Source of the DNA: a virus
IMG/VR virus record: IMGVR_UViG_3300029932_000006
Reading direction: 5' to 3' (one strand)
Length of the DNA stretch: 33,590 bases
The notes under the pieces are model-generated. The model did no database searches. It was not told the DNA's origin and worked only from the letters and a program-made list of their open reading frames with translations. The translations under genes and the position numbers were made by a program. This document shows, piece by piece, positions 6,053-12,510 of this stretch (the first letter of the stretch is position 1; each line of letters begins with the position of its first letter).

Positions 6053-6131
6053 TATTGAGAAAAGACGAGGCAAAGATTCAGCCGAGAAGTTACGGAGAAA
6101 AATGAATGAGCTTCGTAGTATTCACCGTTGA
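5952..6131 (+). CDS. Hypothetical protein (59 aa) in the +1 frame relative to 5846..6052
   Basis: ATG 5952 has GGAGA upstream. MECEAREWIRMFNDIKATKGLEAAAGWWGRTISNIEKRRGKDSAEKLRRKMNEL looks protein-like. The first 25 codons of track ORF 5877..6131 look out of frame. Confidence 0.5.
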   Translation: MECEAREWIRMFNDIKATKGLEAAAGWWGRTISNIEKRRGKDSAEKLRRKMNELRSIHR

Positions 6132-6525
6132 AGGCCCACCTCAAGGCAAAGGACGGCCCCGGTTCCGAAGGGCTGGAAACTTCGTCACTACCTACACCGA
6201 TCAGAAGACCAAGACCTACGAACAGACCATCAAGGCCTGGGCACAGCGAGCAATAGGCTCAGGAAGCCCCCTAGAAGGGCCTGTATCGGTCGATCTCTAC
6301 ATCAGGATAGGTGTACCTGCATCCACTACAAAGAAGCTCACAGAGGCCTGCATCCGAAACGAGAAGCTGCCCACCAAGAAGCCCGATATAGATAACATAA
6401 TCAAGGCATATTTAGACGCAATGAATGGAATTGTATATATAGACGATACCCAGGTCGTGAGATTATCTGCAAAGAAGGTATATTCTCTTGTGCCTGGTGT
6501 AGATGTTTGCGTGGTGCAAATATGA
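6106..6525 (+). CDS. rusA: RusA-family Holliday junction resolvase
   Basis: 139 aa. It has PPQGKGRPRF near the N-terminus and KKPDIDNIIKAYLDAMNGIVYIDDTQV, the canonical RusA catalytic Asp block. Confidence 0.9.
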   Translation: MSFVVFTVEGPPQGKGRPRFRRAGNFVTTYTDQKTKTYEQTIKAWAQRAIGSGSPLEGPVSVDLYIRIGVPASTTKKLTEACIRNEKLPTKKPDIDNIIKAYLDAMNGIVYIDDTQVVRLSAKKVYSLVPGVDVCVVQI

Positions 6526-6848
6526 ATGCCAATGCTGCGGTAGATTTTATTATTCGCAACGCAGGGGATTACTCCAAAGCCAAAGCGCAAAGGGTTTACT
6601 TAGAAGAATTCAGAAAGACCAAGAAAGCCTTACTGATGAAAGACGCAATGGCGAAATACGAAGCTGCCAATGCTCAAGAGCGAGAGGCTTACGCTCACCC
6701 GGAGTACCAAGAACTCCTCAAAGGCCTGCAGGAGGCCATAGAGATTGAGGAAGAACTGAAGTGGAAGCTGGAGGCCGCAAGGATGAGGGTTGACATCTGG
6801 AGGTCAGAGGAAGCCTCCGCACGAATGCAAGTAAGGGCCACAGAATGA
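6522..6848 (+). CDS. Hypothetical coiled-coil protein (108 aa)
   Basis: ATG 6522 is ATGA-coupled to the rusA stop. The protein is helical and rich in K, E and A. Confidence 0.6.
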   Translation: MNANAAVDFIIRNAGDYSKAKAQRVYLEEFRKTKKALLMKDAMAKYEAANAQEREAYAHPEYQELLKGLQEAIEIEEELKWKLEAARMRVDIWRSEEASARMQVRATE

Positions 6849-7579
6849 TCCACTATCACGGGACTCCAGTAGGAGGAAAGAGAGAAGATTCGGCTAGGTT
6901 TCTTCCAGGAAGACACGCACTTGTGTCTTTTGCTTACCCAGAGGACATCTCAATCGTGGCTGATGTCTGTCAGTCTTTTGTGCTGGATAACGGGGCGTTT
7001 ACCACTTGGAAGCAGGGCAAGCCTTTAGATGTGGATGGGTATATCAAGTGGGTCCACGAGTGGTATCGCCATCCAGGGTTTGATTGGGCACTGATTCCTG
7101 ATGTGATTGACGGGTCAGACCGTGAAAATGACTACTTGGTGGAGAACTGGCCGAAGGCACTTCCTGGGGTTCCTGTGTGGCATATGCACGAGCCAACAGT
7201 AAGACTTACATGGCTGGCGCGTAAGTTCCGCACCGTGGCTTTGGGTTCTTCTGGCGAGTTTGCCTCTGTCGGCACTCAGCAATGGTGGGAGCGTATGGCC
7301 CGAGCCATGAAAGCCATCTGTGACGATCAGGGAAGGCCGATGTGCAAGCTCCACGGACTAAGGATGCTTGACCCCAACATCTTTACAAAACTTCCACTCT
7401 CAAGCGCGGACTCCACGAACGCAGCAGTCAATTCTGGGAGTCTTTCAAGATTCGGGATGTATCTCCCGCCAACGGCAGGCCAAAGGGCCACAGTGATCGC
7501 AGACCGGATCGAGACTTACAACTCAAGTCCAGTCTTCATTCAGCAGCAACAGGAGGAATTGTGCTTATCTTCGCAGTGA
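6845..7579 (+). CDS. dpdA: DpdA-like / tRNA-guanine-transglycosylase-like DNA 7-deazaguanine transglycosylase (putative)
   Basis: 244 aa. FVLDNGAF resembles the TGT catalytic-Asp motif (LTDSGGFQ). There is a later C-x9-C-KLHGL segment. It is ATGA-coupled upstream and overlaps the downstream YhhQ-like transporter gene. The assignment rests on memory of the family plus this context. Confidence 0.6.
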   Translation: MIHYHGTPVGGKREDSARFLPGRHALVSFAYPEDISIVADVCQSFVLDNGAFTTWKQGKPLDVDGYIKWVHEWYRHPGFDWALIPDVIDGSDRENDYLVENWPKALPGVPVWHMHEPTVRLTWLARKFRTVALGSSGEFASVGTQQWWERMARAMKAICDDQGRPMCKLHGLRMLDPNIFTKLPLSSADSTNAAVNSGSLSRFGMYLPPTAGQRATVIADRIETYNSSPVFIQQQQEELCLSSQ

Positions 7580-8064
7580 TCGTTTATGCGCTGGCAATGA
7601 CCATCGCCAACTTATCAATCGCAGAGTTTGGGCCAAAAGTAAGCCCAATCAATGCGTTTTTCCTCATCGGCTTAGACCTGGCATTGCGGGATTGGCTGCA
7701 GGTCAAACTCAAAACCAGAGAAATGGGCCTGTTGATTCTTGCGTCTGGGGGAATTACTTATCTACTAAATCCCTCAGCCGATATGATCGCCATTGCCTCG
7801 GCGATAGCTTTCACGGGGGCAGCGGTGGTGGATTGGGCCGTTTTCACTAAGGTCACCGGCTCGTGGTTCAAACGCGCAAACACATCCAATGTTGCTGGTG
7901 CTGCGGTTGATTCGCTTCTGTTCCCAACCATTGCGTTTGGTTCTCTTATGCCGCACATTGTCCTGATGCAGTTCGTTGCAAAGGTCTGCGGCGGTTATGT
8001 CTGGGCACTCCTTCTGAATCATGTATCAAAAGCAAACTTACATCCGAAGCCCGAAGCTCCTTAA
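7561..8064 (+). CDS. yhhQ: YhhQ / Vut_1-family queuosine-precursor (preQ0/preQ1) transporter
   Basis: 167 aa and polytopic. AAVVDWAVFTKV...RANTSNVAGAAVDSLLFPTIAF parallels E. coli YhhQ LDVHVFNRL...APTASTLFGNVSDTLAFFFIAF. The GTG start follows AGGAGGAA (7551-7558). Confidence 0.75.
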   Translation: MLIFAVIVYALAMTIANLSIAEFGPKVSPINAFFLIGLDLALRDWLQVKLKTREMGLLILASGGITYLLNPSADMIAIASAIAFTGAAVVDWAVFTKVTGSWFKRANTSNVAGAAVDSLLFPTIAFGSLMPHIVLMQFVAKVCGGYVWALLLNHVSKANLHPKPEAP

Positions 8065-8341
8065 AGCCGTTGCGGGGCTGCAGTGTCAATGCTGTGGGCA
8101 TGAGAACTCCCAAGCCGCACACTCGAACTGGTCAGGCGGGAAGGGTAAGGGGATCAAGGCTTGCGACACCCACATCGCTGCCTTATGCCTCAAGTGCCAC
8201 TGGGAGATCGACCAAGGGAATAAGTTGACAAAAGACGAGCGAAAGCAGAAGTGGCTCGCCGCTCATAAGCGGACGGTACAGGAGCTTCAGAAGCAGGGAA
8301 AATGGCCTATTGACATTCCAGTTCCCGATATAGAATTCTGA
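8021..8341 (+). CDS. DUF1364 (YbcO-like) putative nuclease
   Basis: 106 aa. RSPKLLKAVAGLQCQCCG...AHSNWSGGKGKGIKACDTHIAALCLKCHWEID matches my recollection of the DUF1364/YbcO prophage family. It overlaps the yhhQ-like 3' end by 44 nt. Confidence 0.65.
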   Translation: MYQKQTYIRSPKLLKAVAGLQCQCCGHENSQAAHSNWSGGKGKGIKACDTHIAALCLKCHWEIDQGNKLTKDERKQKWLAAHKRTVQELQKQGKWPIDIPVPDIEF

Positions 8342-8365
8342 TACCCACATCGCAGTTGTCGGGTT

Positions 8366-8388
8366 GGGGCTTCGGCCCCTCTTTTTTG
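8366..8388 (+). terminator. Rho-independent terminator
   Basis: A GGGGC-TTCG-GCCCC hairpin is followed by TCTTTTTT, 25 nt after the DUF1364 stop. Confidence 0.65.
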
Positions 8389-8396
8389 GAGCACTC

Positions 8397-8552
8397 ATGT
8401 TCACCAAAGCCAAAGCCAAAGAGATGCAGGAGTATCTCAACCGCAACAAGCGCAAGTACCACGAGACCAAGCCAATGAAGGCTTACAAGATGGCCGATGA
8501 GTTTGGTAAGGGGTACGAGGCCATCGAGATGCAGAAGGTCAAGAAGAAATGA
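8397..8552 (+). CDS. Hypothetical small lysine-rich protein (51 aa)
   Basis: The internal ATG at 8397 has GGAG 5 nt upstream. It sits just after the terminator and is ATGA-coupled to the next gene. Confidence 0.5.
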   Translation: MFTKAKAKEMQEYLNRNKRKYHETKPMKAYKMADEFGKGYEAIEMQKVKKK

Positions 8553-9028
8553 AGTGCCCCATCGCCACCCAGGACATCGAGGTCAACCTTGAGAACCGCG
8601 ATCACGCATTCAAGGAGTACGGCTACGGGCCTGCAAATCCCGAGCTGGACAACGAGGAGTTCTGGGCAGAGCGAGCGGTAGAGTGGAACACTTCTCCTGA
8701 CAATGCAAAGACAATGCGTTGCGGGAACTGCGCTGCGTTCATTCAAACGCCTGAGATGATGGGCTGCATCATTGGCGGGATTCAGAAAGAGGAATCCGAT
8801 GATGAGACCTACGCTCCCGAGGTTGTAGAGGCAGCGAATCTGGGTTACTGTGAGCTGTTTGAATTCAAGTGCGCCGCAGACCGGACCTGCAGTGCATGGC
8901 TGACGGGTGGCCCGATCACGAAGATGACTGACAAGCGCAAGCAGATGCTTGCAATCGCTAAATACGAGGCCAGAAAGGGCGAGTATGAAGACGAAAGCGG
9001 AGAAGAAGATCTCAAAGGTGATGACTGA
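8549..9028 (+). CDS. Cys-rich protein with a HiPIP-like Cys spacing and an acidic C-terminal tail
   Basis: 159 aa. CGNCAAF ... GYCELFEFKCAADRTCSAW compares with HiPIP C-x2-C ... C-x12/13-C-[AS]-W. Confidence 0.6.
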   Translation: MKCPIATQDIEVNLENRDHAFKEYGYGPANPELDNEEFWAERAVEWNTSPDNAKTMRCGNCAAFIQTPEMMGCIIGGIQKEESDDETYAPEVVEAANLGYCELFEFKCAADRTCSAWLTGGPITKMTDKRKQMLAIAKYEARKGEYEDESGEEDLKGDD

Positions 9029-9131
9029 GTACGGCAAGGGCAAGCTCAAGAGCAGCTCAGGCCAGAAGGTCACCAACCCGAAGCAGGCAATCGCCATTGC
9101 TCTTTCCGAAGCAAAAAGGAAAAAGAAATGA
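8985..9131 (+). CDS. Small basic protein (48 aa), DUF6496-like
   Basis: The internal ATG at 8985 starts MKTKAEKKISKVMTEYGKGKLKSSSGQKVTNPKQAIAIALSEAKRKKK. This fits the remembered DUF6496 pattern (VMhEfK.G.LkS.sG.kV....QAIAIaLSEA). Confidence 0.6.
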   Translation: MKTKAEKKISKVMTEYGKGKLKSSSGQKVTNPKQAIAIALSEAKRKKK

Positions 9132-9283
9132 AAGGCCTGTACGCAAACATCCACGCCAAGCGTGAGCGGATCGAAAAGCAAAAGGCCGCAGGCAAGACTC
9201 CTGAGCGCATGAGGAAGCCCGGGGCGAAGGGCGCCCCGACTGCTGCTGCTTTCAAAGCCGCTGCTAAGACCGCAAAGAAATGA
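9128..9283 (+). CDS. Small basic protein (51 aa): MKGLYANIHAKRERIEKQKAAGKTPERMRKPGAKGAPTAAAFKAAAKTAKK
   Basis: Not in the track because it is under 60 aa. It fills the gap exactly and has ATGA overlaps at both ends (9128-9131 and 9280-9283). Confidence 0.55.
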   Translation: MKGLYANIHAKRERIEKQKAAGKTPERMRKPGAKGAPTAAAFKAAAKTAKK

Positions 9284-9552
9284 TTAAGCGCGGCAAAGAG
9301 TCTTTCCAGGGCTACAACAAGCCCAAGCGGACACCAAGCCACCCCACTAAGAGCCACGCAGTCCTGGCAAAGAGTGGGGATGAGGTCAAGCTGATCCGAT
9401 TCGGCCAGCAGGGTGTAAGCGGAAGCCCGAAGAAGGAAGGCGAGTCAGAAGCTGACAGGAAGCGAAGGGAATCCTTCAAAGCCCGACACGCCGAGAACAT
9501 CCAAAAAGGAAAGATGAGCGCCGCTTACTGGGCAAATAAGGTAAAGTGGTAA
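9280..9552 (+). CDS. Conserved small basic phage protein (90 aa)
   Basis: Track ORF. Motifs are PKRTPSHPTKSHAV, IRFGQQG, SFKARH and SAAYWA. Its function is unknown to me. Confidence 0.65.
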   Translation: MIKRGKESFQGYNKPKRTPSHPTKSHAVLAKSGDEVKLIRFGQQGVSGSPKKEGESEADRKRRESFKARHAENIQKGKMSAAYWANKVKW

Positions 9553-9588
9553 GTTAGATTAACTACCGATGGCCCGAAAGGAATCGGA

Positions 9589-10845
9589 TTGAAACCTCAA
9601 ATCGAAACGCTGGACATTAACTCGCTCATCCCATACGCGAGGAACGCCAGAACACACTCAGAAGCCCAGATCGCCCAGATCGCGGGTTCCATCAAGGAAT
9701 TCGGCTTCACCAATCCCGTCCTGATCGACAAGGACAACGGGATCATCGCTGGTCATGGCCGAGTAGCTGCAGCGAGAAAGCTAAACCTTACAGAAGTACC
9801 CTGCATCCGTCTAGAGCATCTCTCAGAGACTCAGCGCAAGGCTTACATCCTGGCAGACAACAGGATAGCTCTTAACTCCGGGTGGGAGGCCGACCTCTTA
9901 TCCACAGAGCTTGAGGAGCTGAAAGACTTAGGGGTCAGCCTCGAGAGCCTGGGTTTTGACTCAGACGAGATTGACGCGCTCCTGAACAAGATCGAACCCA
10001 CCGCGGGACTTACGGACGAGGACGAAGCCCCAGAGGTTCAAGAGCAGGCTGTTACTAAGCCTGGGGATATTTGGGTGATGGGCAACCATCGGCTTATGTG
10101 CGGGGACTCCACAAGCATTGACGCTGTGGATAAGCTGATGCCAGAGACCGCGGATATGGCGTTTACTGATCCGCCTTACCTGATGGACTTTACCGGAGGG
10201 ATTCATGCGGATGGATCAAAGTCCTTTAACGCCAAGCATGGGCGCATTGCTAACGACAAAATGAGCGAGCAGGAAGGAGACGACTTTCTAGACGCCATCA
10301 ATACGATCATTGCCTCTAAAGTTCGCGGTGCTTTTTACATAACCTTTTATCGACTAGGAATTGATCGGTACTACGCATCAATGCAACGGACGGGTCTTCA
10401 GTGCCGGTCGCTGATTATTTGGGATAAAGGAAACCACACCCTAAGCAATAGCGACTACATGAGCATGTATGAGCCAATGTTTTATGGCTGGGTAAAGGAT
10501 CACACCTTTTATGGCGGAAACAATGGCATGGACATTTGGCGCATTGAACGAACAAAAAAGAACGATTTGCATCCCACCATGAAGCCGGTGGCCTTAGTAG
10601 AAAAGGCGCTTACTGATGGAAGTAAAGCAAAAGAGGTGGTCCTTGATCTTTTTGGAGGATCAGGGTCAACCCTAATCGCTGCAGAGAAGAACGGACGAGT
10701 AAGCCGCCTGATGGAGCTAGACCCAAAGTATTGCGATGTGATCGTAAAGAGATGGCAGCAGTTCACCGGCAAGAAAGCCATACTGGAGCAAACGGGCCAA
10801 ACTTACGAAGAACTTACACAACCTTCGGGATTACAAAATGAGTAA
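9589..10845 (+). CDS. ParB-like nuclease domain fused to an N6/N4 DNA methyltransferase (beta-class)
   Basis: 418 aa with a TTG start after AAGGAA. The N-terminus has a ParB/Srx block (PYARNARTH...FGFTNPVLID...IIAGHGRVAAARKL). DPPY (motif IV) precedes FGGSGST (motif I). Confidence 0.9.
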   Translation: MKPQIETLDINSLIPYARNARTHSEAQIAQIAGSIKEFGFTNPVLIDKDNGIIAGHGRVAAARKLNLTEVPCIRLEHLSETQRKAYILADNRIALNSGWEADLLSTELEELKDLGVSLESLGFDSDEIDALLNKIEPTAGLTDEDEAPEVQEQAVTKPGDIWVMGNHRLMCGDSTSIDAVDKLMPETADMAFTDPPYLMDFTGGIHADGSKSFNAKHGRIANDKMSEQEGDDFLDAINTIIASKVRGAFYITFYRLGIDRYYASMQRTGLQCRSLIIWDKGNHTLSNSDYMSMYEPMFYGWVKDHTFYGGNNGMDIWRIERTKKNDLHPTMKPVALVEKALTDGSKAKEVVLDLFGGSGSTLIAAEKNGRVSRLMELDPKYCDVIVKRWQQFTGKKAILEQTGQTYEELTQPSGLQNE

Positions 10846-11191
10846 GACCTCGGGGCAGGGCGTAGCCCATAAGCCCAATGATGAAAGCCGAAAGATCGTC
10901 AAGATGCTCAGTGCGGTAGGAACCAGGCACGAGGACATCGCCACTAAGCTGGACATAACTGACGATACTCTTCGCAAGCACTACCGTAAGGAGCTAGACG
11001 AGGGAAGGATCGAGGCCAATGCTTCTGTTGCCCAGACTCTTTATCAGCAAGCCAAGAACGGAAACACCACCGCGGCGATCTTCTGGCTCAAGACCCGAGC
11101 ACAGTGGAGGGAGAATGACCGCCTGGAGGTTACTGGGGCTGATGGCACTCCGCTGCAGATGGTTGTCTCATGGGCAAGCGAGAAATCATAA
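10838..11191 (+). CDS. terS: Terminase small subunit
   Basis: 117 aa immediately upstream of and overlapping terL. It has an HTH-like DIATKLDITDDTLRKHY and the AAIFWLKTRAQWRE motif typical of this TerS family. Confidence 0.8.
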   Translation: MSKTSGQGVAHKPNDESRKIVKMLSAVGTRHEDIATKLDITDDTLRKHYRKELDEGRIEANASVAQTLYQQAKNGNTTAAIFWLKTRAQWRENDRLEVTGADGTPLQMVVSWASEKS

Positions 11192-12432
11192 TTCCCTACG
11201 CTCCTAGAGAGCCGCAGTTCGCCATCCATAAGATGATGGCCGAGAAACGCTTTTCGGTAGTAGTGGCTCACCGAAGAATGGGAAAGACAGTCGCTGCCCT
11301 GAACCACATCATCAAGGAAGCAATCCAGAACCAAAGAGAGGCTCCTCGGTACGCTTACATCGCCCCGACTTATGGTCAGGCAAAGCGGGTGGCCTGGGAC
11401 TACCTTCTCAAATACACAATGCCTCTACAGGCAACCCCGAACATCTCGGAGCTTAGGACCGATTTCTGGGGGCGCAGAATCCAGCTTTACGGATCAGACA
11501 ACCCTGACAGTCTACGGGGCCAATACTTTGATGGCGTGATCCTGGACGAGATCGGCGACCAAGACCCAAAGATTTGGACCGACATCATCCGTCCCGCGCT
11601 ATCGGACAGACTGGGCTGGGCGCTGTTTCTGGGGACTCCGAAGGGAAACAACCACTTCAAGGCTCTGAGGGACCAGGCCGAGGATGAAGAGGACTGGGGA
11701 CTGCTGGAGTTCAAGGCCAGCCAGACCAAGCTCATAGACGAGAACGAACTCAAAGCTGCCCGTAAGGAGATGGGCGAGGACAAATACAACCAAGAGTTTG
11801 AGTGCTCCTTCAATGCTGCGGTGGAGGGGTCTTACTACGGTTCCCTGATAAACGACCTTGAAGAAAAGGGCCGTTTGTGTCACATTGACCGGGACGATCT
11901 CTGTAGAACTTACACGGCCTGGGACTTAGGTGTTTCTGATTCAACTGCTATCTGGGTGATCCAAGCGGTAAATCAGGAATACAGAGTGCTAGATTTCGTG
12001 GAAAATCACGGGGTCGGATTGGATTGGTATGTCAACTGGATTCGAGAGAACAAGTGGCATACCGCCGAGCACATCCTTCCTCACGATGTGGAGGTCAGGG
12101 AACTCGGAACGGGACGCAGCCGCAAGGAAATGCTCCAAGAGGCTGGCCTACAGATCACTGTCGCACCGAGACTATCGGTAGCAGACGGGATTCAGGCAGT
12201 CAGGCGCATCTTGCCAAAGTGCTGGTTCAATGTCCCTCAAGTACGGCAGGGTTTGGACGCACTCAGGAACTACCGAAGAGAGTTTGACGAGAAGCGGAAT
12301 GTCTTTTACGACAAGCCACTTCACGACTGGGCCAGCCACGCATCGGATGCTTTCCGGTACTTGGCTGTTGGAATGAGCGAGACTTCCCAATGGGACAAAC
12401 CGCTCAGGGCTAATACTCGGTGGATCGTGTAA
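11170..12432 (+). CDS. terL: Terminase large subunit
   Basis: 420 aa. It has a Walker A-like AHRRMGKT, Walker B VILDEIGD, the nuclease-domain block WDLGVSDSTAIW, and a C-terminal HDWASHASDAFRYLA. Confidence 0.93.
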   Translation: MGKREIIIPYAPREPQFAIHKMMAEKRFSVVVAHRRMGKTVAALNHIIKEAIQNQREAPRYAYIAPTYGQAKRVAWDYLLKYTMPLQATPNISELRTDFWGRRIQLYGSDNPDSLRGQYFDGVILDEIGDQDPKIWTDIIRPALSDRLGWALFLGTPKGNNHFKALRDQAEDEEDWGLLEFKASQTKLIDENELKAARKEMGEDKYNQEFECSFNAAVEGSYYGSLINDLEEKGRLCHIDRDDLCRTYTAWDLGVSDSTAIWVIQAVNQEYRVLDFVENHGVGLDWYVNWIRENKWHTAEHILPHDVEVRELGTGRSRKEMLQEAGLQITVAPRLSVADGIQAVRRILPKCWFNVPQVRQGLDALRNYRREFDEKRNVFYDKPLHDWASHASDAFRYLAVGMSETSQWDKPLRANTRWIV

Positions 12433-12510
12433 TGTGGATCTCAACCCAAGGAAATCTCCCGCAGCGGATAGCTGAACTTGAACGCCGCATTAAGGCGTTA
12501 GAGGAACGAC

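Noticed and set aside
8483-9181. 232-aa reverse-strand ORF opposite the small-protein cluster
   Set aside because: It overlaps four plus-strand genes that have recognisable motifs and translational coupling. Its sequence is hydrophobic and low complexity, and it has no SD or partner genes on that strand.
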